Origin: Malacoraja senta | Lineage: Eukaryota | NCBI GenBank assembly: GCA_038087875.1 | Contig: CM075996.1 | Span: 3,846,001-3,910,000 of the forward strand | Length of the DNA: 64,000 bases | Reading direction: 5' to 3' | Shown: positions 12,108-24,633 of the stretch, piece by piece | Layout: every line of letters starts with the position of its first letter | Numbering within the stretch: the stretch's first letter is position 1 | The notes under the pieces: generated by a model | Databases searched by the model: none | What the model was told of the DNA's origin: nothing | What the model saw: only the letters and a program-made list of their open reading frames with translations | Position numbers and translations under genes: made by a program

Positions 12108-13877
12108 CTTCTCTGCCCCCGTGAGAAGAGGAGAAAAACACACACTCTTCTGCGTAGGAGAGGAGCTGGTTTAAACCGAAGATAGACACAAAAACGCTGG
12201 AGTAACTCAGCGGGACAGGCAGCATCTCTGGAGAGCAGGAATGGGTCTCTTTTGGTTGAGTTTTACACACTGCCTCTTGTGCCTGAATTATTTAGACAGA
12301 CTCACCAGCGGTCCCTTGTATCCCCTCTCTCTCCCGTCCCTCCCACCCCCCTTCCTCGCTGTCCTGATAGTTTCACTCTTCGCATCCCTTCGTTGTCACC
12401 TCCTCCACAGCCAACAATGGACCCTTGTGGGCTCCACCTTTCCTTTGCCATCTCAGTGCTGGCACTGATCTGTCCGGAAACTTTTCACAACCACTAGTTT
12501 CCCATTTCGGGCCCGAGGCCCTTCTTCAGACCGAGTGCCCGGAGAGAGGGAAACTGGGGGCATGAAAAGGTACAGGACAAATCAGAGCCGGCACCAATGA
12601 CCGAGGAAAAGGTGGAGCCCACAAGGGTCCATTGTTGGCTGTGGAAGTGGTGACGGCGAACAGTGTTTGATTAACAGACTGACTGGTGATGATATTATCT
12701 GTGATACAGGTGAGAGGGAATCTAGAGGTACGAAAAGGATTGGAAACAAGAGGTCACAGCCTCAGAATTAAAGGACGTTCCTTCAGGAAGGAGATGAGGA
12801 GGAATTTCTTTAGTCAGAGGGTGGTGAATCTGTGGAATTCTTTGCCACGGAAGGCTGTGGAGGCCAAGTCAGCGGATATTTTTAAGGCAGAGATAGATGG
12901 ATTCTTGATTAGTACGGGTGTCAGAGGTTTATGGGGAGAGGGCAGGAGAATGGGATTGGGAGGGAGAGATAGATCAGCCATGATTAAAATGGCAGAGTAG
13001 ACTTGATGGGCCGAATGGCCTAATTCCGCTCCTATCACTTATGAACAAATCAGTGGCGGCACCGATGACCAAGCAAAGGCGGAGCCAACAATGGTTTAGA
13101 GTATAGAGATACAACATGGAAACAGGCCCCTTCGACCCACCGAGTCCATGCTATCCATCGATCACCCATTTTCACACCAGCTCTATGCTATAATCACTAT
13201 CACGTCCACTCTCCAGCACACTTGGGTCAATTTACAGAGGGGCAATTAACCACGTCTTTGGGATGCGGGAGCGAAACGGAGCAGCCGGAGGAAACCGGAA
13301 ACCCACGTTGTCACAGGAGAACGTGCAAACTCCACACAGTCAGCCCACTGATTCATTCTGTACCTTTCCACACCTCCCATTTCCCTCCCGCCCCCCACCC
13401 CCGACTCTCAGTCTGAAGAAGGGTTCGACCCGAAACGTCACCCATTCCTTTTCTCAGAGAGATCTTGGCAACGTACGTGTGGAATTACCCGATTTCATTC
13501 TGCATTTTGGACGCCACAGCCAGATCCAGGTGGAAGATTATGTTTCCTAGGCGCCCCTGTACAATAAGATTCCTGGAATTTGCATGGGCTGTTGATGAGA
13601 GATACTGTAAGGAATTGAAATGGTGCAGGAAAAACGAGAAGAAAAAAAAAGGCAGACAGGAACTGAGCAGCTAGCTTTGATCTGTCATTTTTCTACGTAC
13701 AACATTCATTCAACAATTTGTCTCGCCGCTGATCGTCCCAAGGTATGTGCAGGGAGGAACCGCAGATGCTGGTTTAAAGTGAAGACAGACACAAAAAGCT
13801 GGAGTAACTCAGCGGGACAGGCAGTATCTCGGCAGGAAAAGGAACTCTACTGCTTGCGCCACTGTGTGTATGTATAA

Positions 13878-14075
13878 TCTATATTACTAAAACTCTGATC
13901 TTGACCACTTCCTGTTCTGTATATTGATTTTAGAAAAACGCTGCCACTTACGGCTGTGATTTTTGGCCATCTTACTCAGAGTCCCCCTCTGCTGCGTAGG
14001 ACGAGCATATTTCCCATCGATGAAAAATAAAAGAATTATTAGTGTTTAAAAATGTTGAGATTCTCTCTCCTGTCG
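13878..14075 (+). mobile_element. Possible non-autonomous Helitron 5' end
   Basis: A|TCTATATTACTAAAA start resembles Helitron 5' termini; no matching 3' hairpin/CTRR was seen. Confidence 0.35.
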
Positions 14076-14619
14076 ACACAGCTTGTGTGTGTGTATATAT
14101 GTTTGTGCAGAGTTTGCACGTGATCCCTAACAACATACGTTGCTCAGCTTTCCTCCATAGTGAGCACAGTGAAGGCTGTCAAGATTCAAGAGCATTTTAT
14201 TGTCATATGTACTGAAACGGAACAACGAAATTCTTACTGCAGCAACACTTTAAAAAGTTCAATAAATGGAAGACCCAATATGGTGCAAAAAAGGACAAAA
14301 GTAAGACCAAAGTCCCTCGTTCAACCGAGGCAGTTTACAAAGAGACCCAAGCTTAGTGTAGGAAGGAACTGCAGATGCTGGTTTAAACCGAAGAGAGACA
14401 CAAAATACTGGGGCAACTCAGCAGGACAGGCAGATCTCTGGAGACACCCTTCTTCAACTCGAAACGTCACCCAGTCCTTCAGTCTTAAGAAGGGTCTCGA
14501 CCCGAAACGTCACCCAATCCTTCTCTCCGGAGATGTTGCCTATCCCGTTGAGTCACTCCAACATTTGTGCCTAACATCCCACCGATTATTCACTGAAACG
14601 ACTACTTCAGGGGCTGGTT

Positions 14620-15022
14620 GAAGCTTCTGCGTCGTTTGGAGCTTCCCGACATCGGTCTCTACCCGAGGCTGCGAGCTCCCCGATGTTGGAAACCGCAGGC
14701 TGCGGTTGGAGCGTCGATCCCAGGCAAGGGATCGGCTCCCATGGTAAGTCCACGTTCCCCGCGGTGTGGCTCAAAGTCGGTCCCCAGCGAGGCCGCCAGC
14801 TCCACGATGTTAGGCCGCAGAGCGACCGGAGATACGACCCGGAAAACAATCGCATCTCCGGCAAGGTAAGAGATTGTGAAAAGGTTTCGCCTGACCCCCA
14901 CATAAAACAAACCAGAGAACATTAACACAAACTTTTATAACACACTAAAAAAAACACACAAAAAACGAAAAAACAGACAGACCGTTGGCGAGGCTGCCAT
15001 CGCTGACGGCGCCACCCGGTGG
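14620..15022. repeat. Unclassified GC-rich dispersed repeat
   Basis: Related to ~39720-40215 (shared CGCCAGCTCCACGATGTTA, GAGATACGA..GGAAAA.AATCGCATC, GGTAAGAGATT, CCCCACATAAAACAA). A second GC-rich family is shared by ~47340-47970 and ~63430-63680. Confidence 0.7.
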
Positions 15023-15540
15023 ATGTATGTACAATGTGTAATTTGTGCTGAGTGTTGTTTGAATCTATGGGTCTGCGATGCTGTTTTCATTGTACCTGCA
15101 TCTCACTGTACTCGTGCAGATGAAGAGAAACTCAAGCTGACTTGGCGTGAGGCGGGAGATGAGGATGTTACATTCTCCCAATATTCTGCCCCTCAGGACT
15201 ATTTACAGCACCTTCCCTACCCCCCTCCCTCCCTCCCTCCCTCCACCAAGCCAGTGCCATGCAACCGAGAGGGAGTTCCAAATGTCACCTGTAGGTGGTG
15301 GTGTTTTCAACATTTGGCATCACAGGGTTCCAGATCTGGAGGAAAACACAACTGGACGTGCATTGTTAATCTGGGGATGAGAAGGTGCAGTTGGTAGGAA
15401 TTCTTCCCATCCTGGCTACGGATCCTGTCTGCACGGAGTTGGCACGTTCTCCCTGTCACCGCGTGGGTTTCCTCGGGTGCTCCGGTTTCCTCCCACGTTC
15501 CAAAGGCGTGCAGGTTTGTAGGTTTCGGAAGGAACAGCAG

Positions 15541-16275
15541 ATAATAGACAATAGACAATAGGTGCAGGAGTAGGCCATTTGGCCCTTCGAGCCAGCACCG
15601 CCATTCAATGTGATCATGGCTGATCATCCGTCTAATGTGTATTATGTTGAAATTGGCTTTTGATTTTTTAATTTATGTATGTACATATATGTTATGTATA
15701 TGTGTATGTGCGTATATGTGTATATGTATGTATGTATATATGTACATGTATATGTATGTATGTGTGTATGTATTTATGTATATATATGTATATATATAAT
15801 TTTCCTTTATTTATTATTCATTTTCATCTTTTCTTTTCTTCTTTTTTTTAATCGTTCGAAATAAAAAGATATCAAATCAAATCAAATCAAATCCACAATC
15901 AGTACCCCGTTCCTGCCTTCTCCCCATATCCCCTGACTCCGCTATTTTTAAGAGCCCTATCTAGCTCTCTCTTGAAAGCATCCAGAGAACCCGCCTCCAC
16001 CGCCCTCTGAGGCAGGGAATTCCACAGACTCACCACTCTCTGTGAGAAAAAGTGTTTCCTCGTCTCCGTTCTAAATGGCTTACTCCTTATTCTTAAACTG
16101 TGTGTGGCCCCTGGTTCTGGACTCCCCCAACATCGGGAACATGTTTCCTGCCTCTAGTGTGTCCAAGCCCTTAACAATCTTATATGTTTCAATGAGATGC
16201 CCTCTCATCCTTCTAAACTCCAGAGTGTACAAGCCCAGCTGCTCCATTCTCTCAGCATATGACAGTCCCGCCATC
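15541..16275 (-). mobile_element. CR1 3' fragment interrupted by an AT-rich/microsatellite insert (15631-15892)
   Basis: LGLYTLEFRRMRG..RTRGH motif and (TTGTCTA)n tail. Confidence 0.85.
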
Positions 16276-17509
16276 CACGTCCCCGCTCTCATCCTGGGTT
16301 CTCATCCTGACTACGGATCCAGTCTGCACGGAGTTTGTACGTTCTCCCTGTTTCCTCCGGGTGCTCCGGTTTCCTCCGGGTGCTCCGGTTTCCTCCCACG
16401 TTCCAAAGGCGTGCAGGTTTGTAGGTGTCGGAAGGAACAGCAGATGCTGGTTTACACCGAAGATAAGACACCAAGTGCTGGAGTAACTCAGCGGGACAGT
16501 CAGCATCTCTGGAGAGAGGGGATGGGTGACGGTTCGGGTCGAGACCTTTCTTTAGACTGAGAGTCGGGGGGGGGGGGGGAGTCTAGAGATATGGAAGGGT
16601 AAGGTGTGAAAACACAGATCAAGGGGGACAATACTTAAGGAACATGTTGAAGAGCTGGAGAGCAGGAGGAATCACAGAGGTTACTTTGTTTTGAAAATTA
16701 TTTCTAGTGTGTAGGATAGAACCAGCAAACAGGTGATCGTTGGTCAGCATGGTCTCAGTGGGCCGAATGGCCTGTTTCCACGCCGTATCTCTAAACTAAA
16801 CTAAACATTTTGGACAGTTCTATTTTCAGTTTCCCCACAGTTTGCACTATTACAAAGGACTTATCTTCATTTAACATTTCTTTCCCTCTCTCTCTGTCTC
16901 TCCCCCACCTTAGTTCTCCGATTAGTTTCACTGTCCTGATCAATTTTACTGATTGTCTGCCTCCTTGTCACCTTCCCCTCAGCCAACAATGAACCATTCT
17001 ACATTTCCTTGATCATCTACATTTCCTGCTCCGATCTGTGTCGGAAGGAACTGCAGATGTTGGTTTACACCGAAGATAGACACAAAATGCTGGAGTAACT
17101 CAGCGGGACAGGCAGCATCTCTGGAGAGAAGGAATGGGTGACGTTTTGGGTTGAGTCTGAAGAAGGGTCTCGACCTGAATGGTCACCCATTCCTTCTCTC
17201 CAGAGATGCAGCCTGACCCGCTGAGTTACTCCAGCATTCTGTCAAGTCAAGTCAAGTCACTTTTATTTCTATAGCACATTTAAAAAACAACTCTCGTTGG
17301 CCAAAGTGCTTTACATTGGTGGAGATACTAACGTTCTGCTTTGTGTCTGCTTTGATCTGTCATTTTCACACCTTACACAGTATCTCTGGACTCCCTCTCC
17401 CCCCCCGACTCTCAGTCTGAAGTTTAAAAACAGCTGGCAAAAGTGTGTCCCAAATTCACGCAAAATTGTTTATGCTAAAATTCAACGCAGCGGATGAGGG
17501 CCCGCTTTC

Positions 17510-17610
17510 AGTATCGGGAATGACCCTCTGCTGAATACGTGGGCAGACCAGTGGGGAACTCCCTTTCTGGGAACACTTGTCCCGTCAACTTCTGGGAAAG
17601 ATTAGTCATG
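17510..17610. promoter_or_regulatory. Candidate cytokine-responsive enhancer (kB + tandem GAS + AP-1-like)
   Basis: GGGGAACTCC 17553-62, TTCTGGGAA 17565-73 and 17590-98, TTAGTCA 17602-08, all within a non-repetitive island. Confidence 0.4.
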
Positions 17611-18622
17611 ATGCAACGCAGCGACGGCTGGTCTCTTGACCCTAATTGCTAAGTGTTGCATGAACCAGGCATGTTCAATGAAGAAGATGGTCCCAAAATG
17701 CTGGAGTAACTCAGCGGGACAGGCAGCAACTTCAGACTCAGAGTCGGGGGAGAGGGAGTGTAGAGATAATAGACAATAGACAATAGGTGCAGGAGTAGGC
17801 CATTCGGCCCTTCGAGCCAGCACCGCCATTCAATGTGATCATGGCTGATCATCCCAAATCAGTACCTAGTTCCTGCCTTCTCCCCATATCCCCGGACTCT
17901 GCTATTTCTAAGAGCCCTATCTAGCTCTCTCTTGAAAGTATCCAGAGAACCTGCCTCCACCGCCCTCTGAGGCAGACAATTCCACAGACTCACCACTCTC
18001 TGTGAGAAAAAATGTTTCCTCGTCTCCGTTCTAAATGGCTTACTCCTTATTCTTAAACTGTGGCCCCTGGTTCTGGACTCCCCCAACTTCGGGAACATGT
18101 TTCCTGCCTCTGGTGTGTCCAAGCCCTTAACAATCTTGGTCGAAAGGTCGAGACCCTTCTTCAGACTCAACCCGAAACATCACCCATTCCTTCTCTCCAG
18201 AGATGCTGCCTGTCCTGCTGATTTACTCCACCATTTTGTGTCTATCTTCGGTTTAAACCAGCATCTGCAGTTGTCCTCAGTGCCATGGTCCCCAGTGTAT
18301 CAGACTGTGTGGGCACAAAGACAGGGGTCTCGTTGCTCATGAACAGCTTTTCAGAAGCTCAGCAATCAGTTCCTAGTCTCAGGAGAAGGTAGTCCCAGAT
18401 TAGTTTATTGTCACGTGTACCGAGGTACAGTGAAAAGCTCTTTTGACGTGAGCTAACCAGTCACCCAGAGAGTTGTGAACCTGTGGAATTCTCTGTCACA
18501 GAAGGCAGTGGAGGCCAATTCACTGGATGTGATCAAGAGCGAATTAGATTCAGCTCTTTGGATGAAGGGATTCAAGGGATATGGGGAAAAAGCAGGAACG
18601 GGGTACTGATTTTGGATGTTCC

Positions 18623-20133
18623 TTCAACATCTGCCCACTCACCCAACCTATCCAAGTCACCCTGCAGCCTCATAGCATCCTCATCGCAGCTCACACTGCC
18701 ACCCAGCTTTGTGTCATCCGCAAACTTAGAAATGTTACATTTAATTCCCTCGTCTAAATCGTTAACATATATTGTAAACAACTGGGGTCCCAGCACCGAG
18801 CCTTGAGGCACTGCCTGCCATTCTGAAAAGGACCCGTTAATTCCAACACTTTGCTTCCTGTCTGCCAACCAGTTCTCTATCCATGTCAATACCCTACCCC
18901 CAATACTATGTGCTCTAATTTTGCACACTAATCTCTTGTGTGGGACCTTGTCAAAGGGTTTTTGAAAGTCCAGATACACCACATCCACTGGCTCTCCCTT
19001 ATCCATTCTACTTGTTACATCCTCAAAAAATTCCAGAAGATTAGTCAGGCATGATTTCCCCTTCATAAATCCATGCTGGCTTTGACCGATCCCATCACTG
19101 CTTTCCAAATGTGCTGCTATAACATCTAATTAATCGACTCCAGCATCTTCCCCACTACTGATGTAAGGCTAACTGGTCTATTTCTCTCTCCATCTTTTCT
19201 TAAACAGTGGAGTTACATTGGCTACCCTCCAGTCCACAGGAACTGATCCAGAGTCGAGAGAACATTGGGAAATGATCACCAATGCATCCACGAGTTGTCG
19301 GGCCACCTCCTTGAGTACTCTGGGATGCAGACCATCAGGCCCTGGGGATTTATCTGCCTTCAGTCCCAACAGTTTACCTAACACCATTTCCTGACTAATG
19401 TGGATTCTCTTCAGTTCCTCCCTCCCACTAGATCCTCGGTCACCTAGTATTTCTGGGAGATTGTGTCTTCCTTAGTGAAGACAGAACCAAAGTACTCGTT
19501 TAACTGTTCTGCCATTTCCTTGTTTCCCATTATAAATTCACCTGTCTCTGATTATAAGGGACCTACTAATCTTTTCCTTTTCTACATACCTATAGAAACC
19601 TTTACAGTTTTCAGTTTTTATATTCCCCGCAAGCTTCCTATCATGCTCTTTTCCCCCCTCTTAATTAACCCCTTTATCCTCCTCTGTTGAGTTCTAAATT
19701 TCTCCCAGTCCTCCGGTTTGCTGCTTCCTCTGGCCAATTTATGTGCCTCTTCCTTGGATTTAACGCTATCCTTGACTTCCCTCGTCAGCCACGGTTGAGC
19801 CGCCTTCCCCGTTTTATTTTTTCGCCAGGCAGGGATGGACAATTTCTGGAGTTCATTCATGCAGTCTTTAAATCTTCGCCATTGCATCTCCACTGTCAAC
19901 CCTTTAAGTATAATTCGCCCATCTATCCTAGCCAATTCCCATCTCATACCTTCAAGGTCTCCTTTATTCAAGTTCAGGACCCTAGTCCCTGAATTAACCA
20001 TGTCACTCTCCATCCTAATGCAGAATTCCACCATATTACAGTCACTGTTGCCCAAGGGGCCTTGCACATCAAGATCGCTAACTAATCCTTCCTTATTACA
20101 TAATACCCAGTCTAGGATGGCCTGCCCTCTAGT
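18623..20133 (-). mobile_element. CR1-clade LINE fragment (endonuclease end to RT)
   Basis: ILDWVL..PLGNSD, KSPGPDGLHP, QHGFMKGKSCLTNLLEFFE, YLDFQKPFDKVPH, VPQGSVLGP, FADDTKLG; several frameshifts. Confidence 0.92.
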
Positions 20134-20156
20134 CAGTATATATATGTATATATATA

Positions 20157-21767
20157 CAGTGGCTTGCAAAAGTTTTCATACCCCTTGAACATTTCCACAT
20201 TTTGTCACGTTACAACCACAAACGTAAATGTATTTTATTGGGATTTTATGTGATAGACCAACACAAAGTGGTGCATAATTGTGAAGTGGAAGGAAAATGA
20301 TACATGGTTTTCAATTTTTTTTACAAATAAAAAACTGAAAAGTGTCGCGTGCAAAAGTATTCAGCCCCCCTGAGTCAATACTTTGTAGAACCACCTTTCG
20401 CTGCAATTACGGCTGCAAGTCTTTTGGGGTATGTCTCTACCTGCTTTGCACATCTAGAGACTGAAATTTGTGCCCATTTTTCTTTGCAAAATAGCTCAAG
20501 CTCAGTCAGATTGGATGGAGAGCGTCTGTGAACAGCAATTTTCAAGTCTTGCCAGAGATTCTCAATTGGATTTAGGTCTGGACTTTGACTGGGCCATTCT
20601 AACACATGAATATGCTTTGATCTAAACCATTCCATTGTAGCTCTGGCTGTATGTTTAGGGTCGTTGTCCTGCTGGAAGGTGAACCTCCGCCCCAGTCTCA
20701 AGTCTTTTGCAGACTCTAACAGGTTTTCTTCCAAGATTGCCCTGTATTTGGCTCCATCCATCTTCCCATCAACTCTGACCAGCTTCCCTGTCCCTGCTGA
20801 AGAAAAACATCCCCACAGCATGATGCTGCCACCACCATGTTTCACAGTGGGGATGGTGTGTTCAGGGTGATGTGCAGTGTTAGGTTTCCGCCACACATAG
20901 CGCTTTGCATTTAGGCCAAAAACTTCAATTTTAGTCTCATCTGACCAGAGCACCTTCTTCCACATGTTTGCTGTGTCCCCCACATGGCTTGTGGCAAACT
21001 GCAAACGGGACTTCTTAAGACTTTTTTTCAACAATGGCTTTCTTCTTGCCACTCTTCCATAAAGGCCCAATTTGTGGAGTGCACGACTAATAGTTGTCCT
21101 GTGGACAGATTCTCCCACCTGAGCTGTAGATCTCTGCAGCTCCTCCGGAGTTACCATGGGCCTCTTGGCTGCTTCTCTGATCAATGCTCTCCTTGCCCGG
21201 TCTGTCAGTTTAGGTGGACGGCCATGTCTTGGTAGGTTTGCAGTTGTGCCATACTCTTTCCATTTTCGGATGATGGATTGAACAGTGCTCCGTGAGATGT
21301 TCAAAGCTTGGGATTTTTTTTATAACCTCACCCTGCTTTAAACTTCTCCACAACTTTAACCCTGACCTGTCTGGTGTGTTCCTTGGGCTTCATGATGCTG
21401 TTTGTTCACTAATGTTCTCTAACAAGTGGACTCTCACAGAACAGCTGTATTTATACTGAGATTAGATTACACACAAGTGGACTCTATTTACTAATTAGGT
21501 GACTTCTGAAGGCAATTGGTTGCACTGGATTTTATTTAGGGGTATCAGAGTAAAGGGGGCTGAATACTTTTGCACGCCACACTTTTCAGTTTTTTATTTG
21601 TAAAAAAATTTGAAAACCATGTATCATTTTCCTTCCCACTTCACAATTATGCACCACTTTGTGTTGGTCTATCACATAAAATCCCAATAAAATACATTTA
21701 CTTTGTGGTTGTAACGTGACAAAATGTGGAAAAGTTCAAGGGGTATGAATACTTTTGCAAGCCCCTG
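20157..21767 (-). mobile_element. Full-length Tc1/mariner DNA transposon (IR/DR type, Passport-like), 1611 bp
   Basis: ~213-bp TIRs at 20157-20369 and 21555-21767 (CAGTGGCTTGCAAAAG.. / ..CTTTTGCAAGCCCCTG), each with an internal direct repeat (GCAAAAGTATTCA). TA TSDs at 20155-56 and 21768-69. Confidence 0.97.
20375..21393 (-). pseudogene. Tc1 DD34E transposase, inactivated in the N-terminus
   Basis: True start MKPKEHTRQVR.. at 21393. There is an in-frame TGA at 21330-21328 and a 1-bp deletion in the A-run at ~21314-21321 (89 rather than 90 nt to the downstream frame). The remaining 309 codons are open, with GRPPK, WSDETK, QQDNDPKH and SPDLNPIE (D-34-E). Confidence 0.93.
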
Positions 21768-21769
21768 TA

Positions 21770-22305
21770 TATACACACACACACACACACACTGACACAC
21801 ACAAACATACGCACACACGTACGGCAACACACACACAAGTACACACACACATACGCACACACACACGTACACACGCGTACACACACACACACGTACACAC
21901 ATACAAGTACACACACACATACATACACACACACACGTACACACGTACACACACACAAGTACACACAGACACACGTACACACGTACACACGTACACACAT
22001 ACAAGTACACACACACGTACACACGTACACACACACAAGTACACACACACATACATACACACACACACATACACACGTACACAAGTACACGCAGACACAC
22101 GTACACACGTACACACACACACACGTACACACATACAAGTACACACACATACATACACACACACAAGTACACACACACATACATACACACACACACATAC
22201 ACACGTACACACACACAAGGACACACGTACACACATACACACACACACACACGTCCACACACACAAGTACACACAGACACACGTACACACACACATACGT
22301 ACACA
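21770..22305. repeat. CA-rich microsatellite (ACACGTAC/ACAAGTAC variants) abutting the Tc1 right end
   Basis: Read directly. Confidence 0.95.
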
Positions 22306-24401
22306 AAAACCCCCAATAATTGTGCAATGATAAGTCATAGAGTGATACATAGATGATTTTTAAACACCAAAATGCTTAAGTTATGGTGTGCGTTCATTGT
22401 TAATAGTTCTGGTAACATCCCACATCCTGTTTTCTTTACAATCTCTTACCACTGCGCAGGCCGCAGGCTGCACTTGTGGCCTATTAATTACAGACCAGAA
22501 AGAATACATGGGGTTTTTTTCCGACACTTTTATCTAAGTAAAATTTCTAATTTTACACCGAATGTCTGTGCGCCTTCATTGACTGGCAAAAGCATGGCTG
22601 GCAAAGTGTAACGCACCTGGTGAAATCTGACAGCATTTCTCCGGGAGGTTATCTTTGTCCGTATGCCTGGCTTACTCGGAAAGTCTTGCATTCAGTCTTC
22701 AAGCTTGCGGATTTCCTAGAATCTCATCGAATTAAATAGCAAAGGTCACAGCTGCTAAATTTACGAAACCTCTGCTCTCCGAATATAAATACCAGAATGC
22801 AAAGCTGGGCTAGTGAGAAGTGATATTTTCAGATGGTGGTAAAAGGCAACAAATTATTCACTGTAGACAAAAAATGCTGGACAAACTCAGTGGGTGCAGC
22901 AGCATCTATGGAGCGAAGGAAATAGGCAACGTTTCCTTCGCTCCATAGATGCTTCTGCACCCGCTGAGTTTCTCCAGCATTTTTGTCTACCTTCGATTTT
23001 CCAGCATCTGCAGTTCCTTCTTAAACAAATTATTTACTGTTATCTTCATGGAGTTGTGCAGCCCAGAAAAGGGCCCTTCTGCCCATCAATGTCAATGCCA
23101 GCCTTTTCGATCATCTGAGCTAATCCAATCTGAGGAAGGATGTGCCATTCAATGTGATGATGGCTGATCATCCACAATCGGTACCTTGTTCCTGCTTTAT
23201 CTCCATACCCCTTGATTCTGCTAGCCCTAAGAGCTCTATCTAATTCTCTTGTTCAGGTGCACCCATCAATTCACACCACAGGCTATGGATCATATACTAG
23301 GGATTGGGACTGACTGCAAGATAGATTTTGGCTGAATCAACCTCATTGTGGAGGAGTGCATCATTGATCCATCGGGTTAAGTCCTGGGATGACATGGTTG
23401 TCCTGTAAGGAAGGGTTGAGGAAGATTGGTTTGCACTCGCTGGAGTTTCGGAGAACAAGAGATGAGCTTTAAGGAGAGAAGGAATGAATGGGTGACGTTT
23501 CGGGTCAAGACCCTCCTTCAGACTACCTCAGCAGTGGCACAGGATGTGATGAGTTCTGTACAAGTCAACACTGAAGAAGGATCGCCCATTTATTCATTCT
23601 CTCCAGAGATGCTGCCTGTTCCGCTGAGTTACTCCTGCTTTTTGTGTCTACAGTATCTTCAGTTTAAACCAGCATCTGCAGTTCTTTCTTACACAAGAGA
23701 TGATCTATCCACAGAAGCACGGAACAGCAGATGCTGGTTTTCCAAGGAAAGACACAAAATGCTGGGGTAACTCGCTGGGTCAGGCGGCATCCCGGAGTAA
23801 CATGGATAGATGAAATATCGGGTTGGAACCGTTCTTCAGACCTGATCTTTACGTTTACAGATACAAGGTGGAAACAGGCCCTTTGGCCCACCGAGTCCGT
23901 GCCGACCAGCGATCACCCCTGTACACTAACACTATCCTACACACACTAGGGACAGTTTACAATTTCGACCAAAGCCAATTAACTCACAAACCTGCACGTC
24001 TTTGGAGTGTGGGAGGAAACCGGAGCACCCGGAGAAAACCCACGCAGGGTCACGGGGAGAACGTACAAACTCCGTACAGACAGCACCGGTGGTCATGATG
24101 GAACCCGGGTCTCTGGCGCTGTGAGACAGCAACTCTACCGCTGCGCCACCGTGCCGCCCCATGTTATGAGAATTGATAGCCGAGTTGCTGCGAGATTGTC
24201 TCCATAATGTGGATCGTTCTAGGCCATAATGGGCGATGGTTTTACCACCCAGAAATAAGATTAGAAGTTCTTTAAGCAGGGAATATTGGAAGAGTGGGGG
24301 TGGGGATGTGAGTTTCGCCTTGTACAGGTCTCATCTCATGCCACTGCTGAGATAGGTCTGTAGAAGGGTCTTGATCAGAAACAGGGATAACATATCCTTT
24401 A

Positions 24402-24633
24402 GGTAGACAAAAGTGCTGGAGAAACTCAGCGGGTGCAGCAGCATCTATTAGAGCGGAGGAAATAGGCAACGTTTCATGCCGAAACCCTTCTTCGACATAA
24501 GGGTTCTGAAGAAGGGTTTCGGCCCAAAACGTTGCCTATTTCCTTCGCTCCATAGATGCTGCTGCACCCGCTGAGTTTCTCCAGCATTTTTGTGTACCTT
24601 CGATTTTCCAGCATCTGCAGTTCCTTCTTTAAC
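24402..24633. mobile_element. Fold-back copy of the short Penelope-like (hammerhead-core) repeat
   Basis: Two inverted ~95-bp arms, CTGAAGAAGGGTTTCGGCCCAAAACGTT core, flanking duplication ATAACATATCCTTT/ATAACATATTCTTT. Dozens of related fragments occur across the window. Confidence 0.65.

Noticed and set aside
11821..12270. ORFs spanning N runs (also 61629-62075)
   Set aside because: Artefacts of assembly gaps.
20375..21304. Intact active 309-aa transposase, as suggested by the ORF track
   Set aside because: The ORF starts at a TTG inside the DNA-binding domain; the real ATG (21393) is cut off by a stop codon and a frameshift.
22713..22721. Isolated GAS motifs (also 13570, 25939, 52369; N4 type at 30728)
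   Set aside because: TTCNNNGAA fixes only 6 bases and is expected many times by chance in 64 kb; no supporting cluster is present.
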